IMG/VR virus record: IMGVR_UViG_3300031998_000010
DNA from: a virus
Lineage: Duplodnaviria > Caudoviricetes
DNA: 64,000 bases
Strand: one strand, 5' to 3'
Part shown: positions 56,066 through 64,000 of the stretch, in pieces
Layout: every line of letters begins with the position of its first letter
Numbering within the stretch: position 1 is the first letter of the stretch
Notes under the pieces: model-generated
Databases searched by the model: none
What the model saw: only the letters and a program-made list of their open reading frames with translations
What the model was told of the DNA's origin: nothing
Program-made: the position numbers and the translations under genes

Positions 56066-57577
56066 TTAAAGGACTGCTAAATCTCCACCGTCACTGTCTA
56101 AATTATCAACTTCTGTAGGCAAAAGTGCTTCTTCATCAAATGAAGGATGGATGCCTATGTTAGCTGTATTTGTTGCTCCTTGGATTAAGTTTTCCAAATC
56201 GCTGACGGAAGTAGACGCAGTTACCTGTAAGCCAGACACTGAAATTCCTATTGCATTTGCATAAATATTAGCATACGCTTGCTGATATTCGAGCAACATA
56301 TCTTCCATTGCCTGAACTCTATCTAATGCAGAATTAAGTTCCTGCTTAGAAGCTGATATTTTAGCTTTGAGATTTTCAATTTGCTCACCAAGGTTTGATG
56401 CTTCTCTCGTTGCATTAGTACTAGCAACAACAGTTTTGTTAAGTTCTGAACGCAACTCGGCAATTTCTATATCTTTTGCCTTAATATCAGAAGAGGAATT
56501 CTCTATCTTCTGTTTATAAATAAGGTTATTTTTATTAACTGATTTCAATTTTTCAGATATTTCAGAATTTGATGCTTGAATACGAGATAATTCTTTACTG
56601 AAATTCTTATTTGATATAATTAATTTTGCATTTGATGCATTCACTTCTTTTAACTTTGATTGCATTAAATCTTGTTGGCTTGATGTTATTCTCTTAAGTG
56701 CTCTAATCTTTCTTCTAGATTCTAATTTAGTAGCAGACAGAATGCTTTCTGTTGAAGCTAATTGTGATTTAAGCTTCTTGTTTTCTGCCTTCTCAGCAAG
56801 ATATAGTTCAGTCATTGCTTTGATTTTCTTGCCCATGACTTCTTCTTTGTCTTCATCAGTGCATTCGGGGCACTCTTCCTCTTCGTCGTCATCAGGAATA
56901 TTTTGGTCTGCTACGCCAATATCTTCTTTACGAGCTTCTAACTTTTCATACTGCTCAGAACCTTCTTTGAACTGCTTCTGCATTGCTTCAATTGTATGAA
57001 TATCAGTTACATCTTGAATATTCTTTTCAATAGCAGCGCAAACTCTCTTAAATTTAACTTGGTCATCTAAATTCTTTGAAGCAGCAATCTGTTGGAATTC
57101 AGGAACAGCATCTGCATAAGCAGGAAATGCTACAAGGTCAAATCCTCTAAATACAAATGTATCGGGGTCAACATTTCCTTCTGCATCTACATCGCCGGCT
57201 CCTCTAATAGATATGCCCCATTGTACTCCGGCGTCTATAAATGATTCAACAATTCTTCCTACAGGAGTATCAATCAAATCAAATGTGCCGTAGATTTCAT
57301 CATCGTCTGTAATTTCCATTGAGGTCATTACAATACATGCATCTTGGAATGTTTGTGCACCTGGGTCTTCAGGGTGGCCAAGATATCCGATGTAATATCT
57401 GTGCTCCATTGCATCTTTATACTCATCAGAAGCAAGCAAGTGTTCAAATAATTCACGATTTAATTTCATATCGTTATTATTGAATACTGCTGCATCACAA
57501 CACTTTCCTGTGAATGTTCCGATGATAGATGATGTTTTTGGCATTTCAGTTGCTTTAATTGCAGTTTTCTTTGCCAT
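56066..57577 (-). CDS. Prohead protease (T4 gp21-like) fused to a coiled-coil scaffold
   Basis: IGYLGHPE, IDTPVGRIV, GISIRGAG, FDLVAFPAY; long coiled-coil C-terminus. Confidence 0.88.
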   Translation of the reverse strand: MAKKTAIKATEMPKTSSIIGTFTGKCCDAAVFNNNDMKLNRELFEHLLASDEYKDAMEHRYYIGYLGHPEDPGAQTFQDACIVMTSMEITDDDEIYGTFDLIDTPVGRIVESFIDAGVQWGISIRGAGDVDAEGNVDPDTFVFRGFDLVAFPAYADAVPEFQQIAASKNLDDQVKFKRVCAAIEKNIQDVTDIHTIEAMQKQFKEGSEQYEKLEARKEDIGVADQNIPDDDEEEECPECTDEDKEEVMGKKIKAMTELYLAEKAENKKLKSQLASTESILSATKLESRRKIRALKRITSSQQDLMQSKLKEVNASNAKLIISNKNFSKELSRIQASNSEISEKLKSVNKNNLIYKQKIENSSSDIKAKDIEIAELRSELNKTVVASTNATREASNLGEQIENLKAKISASKQELNSALDRVQAMEDMLLEYQQAYANIYANAIGISVSGLQVTASTSVSDLENLIQGATNTANIGIHPSFDEEALLPTEVDNLDSDGGDLAVL

Positions 57578-57629
57578 TTATATCGCCTCCAAAATTAAAT
57601 TCTGAAATTATTCTAGATTATTTGAAATA

Positions 57630-57638
57630 ATAAAGGTT
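57630..57638 (-). promoter_or_regulatory. Motif B (AACCTTTAT) upstream of the protease-capsid operon
   Basis: Follows a terminator hairpin at 57653-57682. Confidence 0.6.
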
Positions 57639-57708
57639 ATTTCAACAAAAATATAGCAGATAGAAATTAGCCTACCTGCTATCAAAAAGAATCAAATTGT
57701 ATAAGAAA

Positions 57709-57981
57709 TTAAATTATGTCAACAGCACTATCTATTTCTGCAAGACCTAATCTGAGTTCAATACCTCGTCTAGGTAAGTCTACATAAAACTCCGAATCTA
57801 AAAGGTCGTTATCACTGAGTTCTTTAATTATGCTGATGTCTTCTGTAATATTTTGGTCAGATTCTTTCCAATATTCAAGATTTGCAATCAAATAATCTTT
57901 AGCAGTGTCAATATTAGAGTATATCTTTTCTGCCCAAGTATCATTATATTCATTTGTTGCATATATGACATAAAGTTTCAT
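57709..57981 (-). CDS. Hypothetical protein
   Basis: 90 aa, AGGAG RBS. Confidence 0.6.
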   Translation of the reverse strand: MKLYVIYATNEYNDTWAEKIYSNIDTAKDYLIANLEYWKESDQNITEDISIIKELSDNDLLDSEFYVDLPRRGIELRLGLAEIDSAVDII

Positions 57982-57994
57982 ATGATTCTCCTAA

Positions 57995-58396
57995 TTACCA
58001 CTTGAATCTATTGCGACCATATTCCCTTAACAAATCATGAAATTCATTTTTGATAAATTTAGGATGTTCATCAAGAAACTCACCTAAAGCTTGCTTACCA
58101 AGATTTACATCATTCTCATCATAGAACCAAGAACCTGTAGCAGGATGGGACTGGAATTTTTCACCTGTTGATTCATTTACAAAGATGTAAAGAGGTCCTT
58201 TGTTGGCATATTGATTAAAGTATCTTTCATCTCTACCAGTAGCCCACTTCGAACCTTCAGATAATTTTGCACAAGCATCAAATGTAGTAGGGGAATACAT
58301 TGCCCACTCGTCATCTCTAGCAAGAGGGACTTCATCATTCATGAAAAATGATGCCCTTACATAGTCTGATGGATATTTAGTAAATGTTCTTTTCAT
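57995..58396 (-). CDS. MKRTFTKYP-leader protein with PcfJ-like cargo
   Basis: P.T..A.....GSKWAT....YF.QY...GPLYIF......KFQ.H.....D..D. Confidence 0.6.
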   Translation of the reverse strand: MKRTFTKYPSDYVRASFFMNDEVPLARDDEWAMYSPTTFDACAKLSEGSKWATGRDERYFNQYANKGPLYIFVNESTGEKFQSHPATGSWFYDENDVNLGKQALGEFLDEHPKFIKNEFHDLLREYGRNRFKW

Positions 58397-58436
58397 TGTT
58401 ATTTCTCCTTTACACCTAACCTCTTAATTATTGTGA

Positions 58437-58838
58437 TTATCTCCAACGCTGTCCATCATTGTATCTACGCACGCCATCAAGATATTCTTCCTCACTAATT
58501 GGAGATAGACAAAACATATAGTCGTTTAAATCGCATTGCTCTAATTCATTATCATAAAGATTAAACTTAGCTTCATCCCTATCATAACCAGTAGTAAAAG
58601 CATAATATTCTTGTCTACCACTTCCATCTTCAGGCCAGTATTGCATTACGGCTTGCCAGTATCCTGTACTATCGGAATTATTATTCGATAACTTCCCTTC
58701 AGCCATCTTTTCAGCTTTCCATTTTTCACGAGCCTGATACATAGTATAATTATGTTCTCTCTGTTTATTTATAGCATCATCAGTATATCTACTGCCCTTT
58801 ACATAACTACTAGGATACTTTGTAAATGTTCTTTTCAT
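58437..58838 (-). CDS. MKRTFTKYP-leader protein
   Basis: MKRTFTKYPSSYVKGS. Confidence 0.7.
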   Translation of the reverse strand: MKRTFTKYPSSYVKGSRYTDDAINKQREHNYTMYQAREKWKAEKMAEGKLSNNNSDSTGYWQAVMQYWPEDGSGRQEYYAFTTGYDRDEAKFNLYDNELEQCDLNDYMFCLSPISEEEYLDGVRRYNDGQRWR

Positions 58839-58858
58839 AATCTTATCTCCTCTACCAT

Positions 58859-59536
58859 TTATCTTCTAGGTGCTACTAAATATGAAACATCTTCAATAGC
58901 ATTATTAAATGCATCAGTAACTGTTTTTATATGTCCTACATTTTTAAGACTCATATATCTGCCATCAACTAAAAGTGCTATATCATCATATATTCCCTGA
59001 CCTAAATCGGGAGAATATGCAAAATCGTGTAAAGGGGTCCTAGTTTTTTCAGGATATCTTGTTCGATGTCTCCAACTTTGTTTAATACCATAAACTTCGC
59101 TTAAAAGATAGATGGGGATACTATTTTCAACTGGCTCATCATAAAACTGTGCTTCATCTACCTTAAAATATCTTCTTATGTAATTCATAATTGGCTGCCC
59201 TTCAAGCCAATAAGGTATTTCCGAAATAAAATTATCATCTTTTACACCATAAGCAGGTTTATCGGCAAGTCGGTAACAATAATTTCTGCCATATGAACCA
59301 GTCATCATTTTATATTTATCTTTCTGACTGCCTATCAGATGAGTAATATAATCAAAATTTTCGTCATTTTTAGATAAAATTACAGGTTCTCCAGCCACCA
59401 ATTCAACAGCTTCTTTTGGTCCATATGCCTGTATTTCAACCCAAGAACCGTCCTTCTTATTTTGAACTTCCCATAACCTGAGTTCTTTACTAGCCTTCAC
59501 ATAGTTGCTTGGATATTTAGTGAATGTCCTTTTCAT
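58859..59536 (-). CDS. MKRTFTKYP-leader protein
   Basis: MKRTFTKYPSNYVKAS. Confidence 0.7.
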   Translation of the reverse strand: MKRTFTKYPSNYVKASKELRLWEVQNKKDGSWVEIQAYGPKEAVELVAGEPVILSKNDENFDYITHLIGSQKDKYKMMTGSYGRNYCYRLADKPAYGVKDDNFISEIPYWLEGQPIMNYIRRYFKVDEAQFYDEPVENSIPIYLLSEVYGIKQSWRHRTRYPEKTRTPLHDFAYSPDLGQGIYDDIALLVDGRYMSLKNVGHIKTVTDAFNNAIEDVSYLVAPRR

Positions 59537-59553
59537 GGTTCTTTATTTCTCCT

Positions 59554-59802
59554 TTAACCTAATCTTCTAAGTATTTCTTCTTCAAGTAAATCGAGAATAT
59601 CTCCGAGTTCGTGATTTGGGGCAGTAATTGCTGAACCTTCACACATGAGTAAATATTTTTTGAAATGACTCAACAAATCTAATCCAGATAGCCCTTGAAT
59701 AATTTTAATCTTATCTTCCCGTTCTTCTGGCGAAAGAGGTTCAGTACTAGAATAAGATGCTTTAATATAATTATTAGGATATTTAGTGAATGTTCTTTTC
59801 AT
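59554..59802 (-). CDS. MKRTFTKYP-leader protein
   Basis: MKRTFTKYPNNYIKAS. Confidence 0.7.
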   Translation of the reverse strand: MKRTFTKYPNNYIKASYSSTEPLSPEEREDKIKIIQGLSGLDLLSHFKKYLLMCEGSAITAPNHELGDILDLLEEEILRRLG

Positions 59803-59818
59803 GAGATATATTCTCCTT

Positions 59819-60193
59819 TTATTTCTTCAGGTCGTCACCAAGGACTTTACCTGTTAATCTGACCATTCCGCCAACTGCCAGTGTCTTAAGGATTTCACTA
59901 ATGATTCCTGCTTCAATCGGAGCATCTTCGGGAATATCAGCAAACTGCTCATAATCTGTATTGTCTATTTCTTCATAAGTAGCATCGTTGATTTCGGCTA
60001 CTTCGTCAACAGCTTCGGGTTCAACTTCAACAGGCTCGGCTTCATTCTTATTAATAGTATAAACTGACTCTCCAATTGTTACTTTAACAGTAGAATCATT
60101 TTCATCTACTGTTATTGCATAATCGGCTAATTCATCTATCTGACAAAGAAAGTCCAACAAAGCTGCTGGAGTAAACAATGTTTCTTCATTCAT
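59819..60193 (-). CDS. Acidic protein with internal IEAG site
   Basis: 124 aa; acidic body, then a hydrophobic/basic tail after PIEAG. Confidence 0.6.
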   Translation of the reverse strand: MNEETLFTPAALLDFLCQIDELADYAITVDENDSTVKVTIGESVYTINKNEAEPVEVEPEAVDEVAEINDATYEEIDNTDYEQFADIPEDAPIEAGIISEILKTLAVGGMVRLTGKVLGDDLKK

Positions 60194-60195
60194 GA

Positions 60196-60663
60196 TTAAT
60201 GCCTTCTTTCATAACATACTGTATCGGCTATTTCTTTTGCTATATCTAATCCGTAAGTACCCTTTAATTCTGCTACTATAAGTGACCATCCTGCACCAGA
60301 ATCTCTATAAGCATCCACTAACTGGTCAAATTCTTGTGCAGATATTTCAGGATATGTTGCAGCTTTTACATAATTACTTGGATACTTTGTACCACACTTG
60401 ATACTAGTTGAAGCATAAGTAGATTTAGGCTGATATTCTCCGTTAAAATCAATCCACCCACCGGCAACAATATCAGCACCCTCTTCCATTGCATTAAGGA
60501 AGTTTATGCAGTCTTCATCAGTATATCTTGATACAATATCAAAGACTTCTTCATTTGCAATGTAATTATCGTCTTCAGTGCAGATTTCAATATCAGAAAA
60601 TCTTTCTTTTGTAACTGTGTCACTGAGAATATAATCAATAACTTCTTGCCTTAAATCATTCAT
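60196..60663 (-). CDS. Protein with an internal copy of the leader (TKYPSNYVKAA)
   Basis: Residues ~91-101 match the leader of the neighbouring genes. Confidence 0.65.
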   Translation of the reverse strand: MNDLRQEVIDYILSDTVTKERFSDIEICTEDDNYIANEEVFDIVSRYTDEDCINFLNAMEEGADIVAGGWIDFNGEYQPKSTYASTSIKCGTKYPSNYVKAATYPEISAQEFDQLVDAYRDSGAGWSLIVAELKGTYGLDIAKEIADTVCYERRH

Positions 60664-60724
60664 ATAAAGGTATACTCCTTTAGTAATATTAAAAATAAAA
60701 GGTTTGATGCTTGCTATAACGATT

Positions 60725-61048
60725 TCATACTCGTTCTGCGTCTTTTATCATGCCCTTAAATTGTTCCCAATCTTCTTTATCATACTTCGGTCGACAATAT
60801 GTTGAAACCCACTTGAGTTCATCATTCTTGGTCAACATATAATCTTCTACACAGCCATTTTCTTTCTGCAATACGTGAAGATATCCTTGGCTGCTGATAT
60901 AGAATATTTGACCATATTGTTCATTTACATAGAATTGATTTGGAGTCCATGACCTCATTCCATTTGTGAGGCGTTCAAAAGTCTCTAGCGACTTTCCTTC
61001 ATATTTTCCGATTGTTCCGGCTGCATGAGCCTTAATGTATCTCTTCAT
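60725..61048 (-). CDS. MKRYIKAH-leader protein
   Basis: Start revised to ATG at 61048 after GAGGA. Confidence 0.65.
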   Translation of the reverse strand: MKRYIKAHAAGTIGKYEGKSLETFERLTNGMRSWTPNQFYVNEQYGQIFYISSQGYLHVLQKENGCVEDYMLTKNDELKWVSTYCRPKYDKEDWEQFKGMIKDAERV

Positions 61049-61056
61049 GATAGTCC

Positions 61057-61713
61057 TCAATATTCAAAGTTATTATCAGGGTATACTAACTTATCGCCTT
61101 TGAAGTATGTAGAATATGAGATGTCATCGCATCTTCCACACATGAATTTCTTTTCCTCTCTATCATATTCGTCTTTGATATATACTTGCTTATCGGTGGG
61201 ATATGCAATAGGCTTGATAGTGAAGTATTCGCCTTTCTTCAAAGAACGAAGAGGAACTGCTTTGAATTCCCAATCGTCGGGATTAGGTTCTATTGCTGCT
61301 TTGATTGTATCACAACCTGCTATAGACTCTTCATAATCTCCAATACACTTAAGATATTCTGTGTCAAACTTCTGTAAAAGTTCCGGAACATATTTCTTCA
61401 AATCACTGGGATATTTAATTCTTCGCATATCAATCGGTTTATCTAATTTGATATTAAAGAAAAAATCATCTACGTCTACATCAACATCTAACTTATTGTC
61501 GTCTTCAATGTAGCAGCGAAGATTAATGGGGTCGTCTTGTTGGAAATTATAACATTCTTTAGCTCTGATTGCTTCTTCAAGCGGAATCTCAATATATTCG
61601 ATACAATCATCTCGTGTAAAGAATCCATCTTCAATACCTAAGAAGTTATCGCACTCAATTCGTTCTTTAGCTTCCCATTCTAATTGTCTTTTTGATGCTT
61701 TGATATGCTTCAT
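61057..61713 (-). CDS. MKHIKAS-leader two-domain protein (internal IKAA)
   Basis: AGGAGA RBS before ATG at 61713. Confidence 0.65.
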   Translation of the reverse strand: MKHIKASKRQLEWEAKERIECDNFLGIEDGFFTRDDCIEYIEIPLEEAIRAKECYNFQQDDPINLRCYIEDDNKLDVDVDVDDFFFNIKLDKPIDMRRIKYPSDLKKYVPELLQKFDTEYLKCIGDYEESIAGCDTIKAAIEPNPDDWEFKAVPLRSLKKGEYFTIKPIAYPTDKQVYIKDEYDREEKKFMCGRCDDISYSTYFKGDKLVYPDNNFEY

Positions 61714-61727
61714 AAATATATCTCCTA

Positions 61728-63128
61728 TTAATGTGATGACCAAATATTCCAAACTTCTTCAGGATACTGAGAAGGATAGATATATCTTAAACCGTTCAAC
61801 TGCTGTAATCCGCCTAATTGTAATTTCCAAACTACCTGGGCTACTTGATTCTTTCCAATTCTAAGTATACTTTGTTGAACCTTCTGTCTATTTTCTTCTT
61901 TAGTCATGTCTTTCCAAGTATACTCAGTGCTTGTTGTTGTATATGTTACTACAATAGGGGCACTATCTTGAGGTGCCTCACTAAATACAATAGCATTATC
62001 AACTAATTCATAAGAAGTTACTTGCTCTCCATGAATTGTTACTGATAAAATTTCGCTTACTTCTTTATCTAATTCAAATGTTGTTGTAACTCCATCACCT
62101 ACAAATGATTGCTCTAATCTAACATCATATATTTCGTCATCAGCAGGAAGAATCCTATATCCTGCTAATAAGCCGTTATCTCCGCTTGTATCATAATAAC
62201 TTCTTGACCAAAGGCCGGCTTCAGTTATGTAGATATAATCATTTCCACCTCTAAAATCTTTTAATGCACCAGTTGAAATGAATGCAGAATAAATAACATC
62301 AAGAGTATTTGGAATTTCTGCTTGAACCTCAGGAACGATATTACGATAAGTTATCTTACTGCGAAGTGTTGATGTTTTAATCAGCTCGCAATTTATAGCT
62401 TCGTCACTTGCTACTTTATACTGGATTGCTATTCTTCCACTATAAGAAGTTCCATTAGTAATTGTTACTTTAGTCCCTGAAGAATCAAGTGAATAATTAC
62501 TTGCCGATATGCCGGCTCTACTTATCAATGTATTATGCATATCCTGATTGATTACTCCATCAGGATATACAATTATAGAAACAATATTAGATTTAGACTT
62601 ATCAAGTACTTGTGAAGATAGTGTGTATGTATTTGAACCGGCATCTCCAAAGAATTGTTCTAATTTTGCTGGCTTATCAGAATAAGGAAGACCTAACCCA
62701 AACCATTCGCGGTCATTGTTCACATTATCGCTATATCCGTCTGCACCAAAACCAGGCGTCTGATTAAGATATTCAGTAAACCTTAACACTGTATTTAACT
62801 CTTCTTCAGTATCAGTAGCATCTGAAGGAGCTAAAGGAGTAGAGCCTAAACCTATAGGCAGATAATCACTATCAGCATCTTGAGAAACTAATCCCATAGT
62901 TCCTAATGAAATATATTGAGGAACCCAAGCAGAAAGAATATCTCCTCCTTGGTTAAATACACCATCGCCCATTAAGTAATGAGCAATTCCTGTTAGAAGT
63001 GAATTAGTCGCAGAATTATGCCCTACATGCTCTTGAACAACCTTACCTGTAGGTTCATCAATAATACGAATAGTTACATTCTGCTTTACATCTAATCTCT
63101 TAATTATATCTAACGGATTTTCAATCAT
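61728..63128 (-). CDS. Tail/baseplate-associated structural protein
   Basis: HN..TN, ITEAGLWS (collar-like), F.GDG.TT.F.L beta-sandwich repeats. Confidence 0.6.
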   Translation of the reverse strand: MIENPLDIIKRLDVKQNVTIRIIDEPTGKVVQEHVGHNSATNSLLTGIAHYLMGDGVFNQGGDILSAWVPQYISLGTMGLVSQDADSDYLPIGLGSTPLAPSDATDTEEELNTVLRFTEYLNQTPGFGADGYSDNVNNDREWFGLGLPYSDKPAKLEQFFGDAGSNTYTLSSQVLDKSKSNIVSIIVYPDGVINQDMHNTLISRAGISASNYSLDSSGTKVTITNGTSYSGRIAIQYKVASDEAINCELIKTSTLRSKITYRNIVPEVQAEIPNTLDVIYSAFISTGALKDFRGGNDYIYITEAGLWSRSYYDTSGDNGLLAGYRILPADDEIYDVRLEQSFVGDGVTTTFELDKEVSEILSVTIHGEQVTSYELVDNAIVFSEAPQDSAPIVVTYTTTSTEYTWKDMTKEENRQKVQQSILRIGKNQVAQVVWKLQLGGLQQLNGLRYIYPSQYPEEVWNIWSSH

Positions 63129-63802
63129 TATGGTATCTCCGATACTTCTGAATTTTCATCGTGATAAAAATGCTCAACACCTCTATAAGAATTTAATCCT
63201 CCGACGAATACTGAATATTGGTCAGGAGAAACATTAGAGATTAACAAATAATATACTATATTAATTATTGCTTTATCTTCAGGGGCAGAAGTCAATGTAA
63301 CTTTTCTATTGCTAGAGTTGAATGAATATTCAGCTTCTTGATTATTTACTGTAACTTCTACTACATCTTCTATATCTGTATGATTAACTAAAGTAAATAC
63401 TTTTGTGCTTCCATTTCCTATGAATTTTTCTTCATGAAAATCAATAGAAATGTCACCGGGAAGTTCATTATCAATTCTTCGATGTAGATATGGTTTTGTT
63501 AATCCTGATTCATCTCTTGCTATATCGGATGCAGAAGCAAGCTTCACAGGTCCTTGAGCATAACTAAAATCAATCTTATACACTACTGATACTATTACAC
63601 CAGCAGCCGGAGCAGAACTCAGTATTATTGTATCATTCTCTAAATCAAATGTATAAGAACTTGTTTCGGTGCCATTTACTATTACTGAAATAATTTCAGT
63701 TGCAATTTCACTGAGTTGAAATTCAGTAGCATTTCCACTTCCAATGAATTCATCTTGAAATTCATATTCTGTAATTGGATTATACTGAAAATCTTCTGGC
63801 AT
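63128..63802 (-). CDS. Structural protein with two F.G.G....F.L...L.SAP repeats
   Basis: Repeats shared with 61728..63128; motif B at 63827. Confidence 0.6.
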   Translation of the reverse strand: MPEDFQYNPITEYEFQDEFIGSGNATEFQLSEIATEIISVIVNGTETSSYTFDLENDTIILSSAPAAGVIVSVVYKIDFSYAQGPVKLASASDIARDESGLTKPYLHRRIDNELPGDISIDFHEEKFIGNGSTKVFTLVNHTDIEDVVEVTVNNQEAEYSFNSSNRKVTLTSAPEDKAIINIVYYLLISNVSPDQYSVFVGGLNSYRGVEHFYHDENSEVSEIP

Positions 63803-64000
63803 AGTTAATGTACCTCTTTGAAGTTATAAAAGGTTATGTAGATGTGAATTTGATTCCTACAACATGTGCATAAGTATTTGATGATATATAATTTCTACTG
63901 ATATATACAATCGAGTATGTATTATAAGGATTAAACACATACATAAGTGCATATTCATCTTTCAACTCATACATGTTATTAGAAGGAATAAATATATTTA

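Larger units (their letters stand above)
1..64000. mobile_element. Segment of a large T4-like (myovirus-type) bacteriophage genome, probable Firmicutes host
   Basis: gp23-like capsid, gp21-like protease, neck-like protein, tail fibres, phage tRNAs, dense co-oriented orphan ORFs, no host housekeeping operons. Confidence 0.93.

Noticed and set aside
2718-61377. Numerous short plus-strand ORFs inside minus-strand genes (e.g. 3149, 15161, 21004, 28481, 31068, 53610)
   Set aside because: Antisense to well-supported genes, with no RBS or promoter motif
1-64000. Stop-codon reassignment or suppressor tRNA
   Set aside because: Code 11 gives dense full-length genes, and TAG and TGA both end real genes. 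The TTA triplet in TL3 lies in a non-canonical, mostly paired loop

Overview
This window is part of a large, AT-rich, T4-like (gp23/gp21-type head) phage genome. The host is probably a Firmicute (Clostridia-like), inferred from strong AAGGAGG ribosome-binding sites and the AhcY, LigA and tail-fibre types. Almost all genes are on the minus strand and read in standard code 11. Layout: tail-fibre/adhesin genes with paralog expansions (1-12.2 kb); tRNA-Gln; a replication/metabolism block (DUF932, HARP-SNF2, AhcY, SDR, UvrD, HD hydrolase, PRTase-like, GT2-Stealth, NAD ligase, SMC/Rad50-like); a ~2.45 kb ORF-free RNA cluster (35.0-37.5 kb); and a head module (neck-like protein, major capsid, prohead protease-scaffold) surrounded by many small orphan genes. 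Two systems stand out. (1) The RNA cluster has one normal tRNA-Trp, four paralogous tRNA mimics with near-identical acceptor stems but unrelated central arms, and five covarying 35-36 nt hairpin repeats ending in NCCA that abut the 5' end of the next structured RNA. (2) About 17 unrelated proteins carry a basic N-terminal leader ending in [IV]-x-A-[SAT]. The same motif recurs in the capsid propeptide and the protease scaffold, suggesting a capsid-loading and processing code with Ala rather than Glu at P1. Two promoter-like motifs (AATCGTTAT and AACCTTnTAT) separate non-structural from virion genes. All family assignments come from motif recognition by eye; no searches were run.
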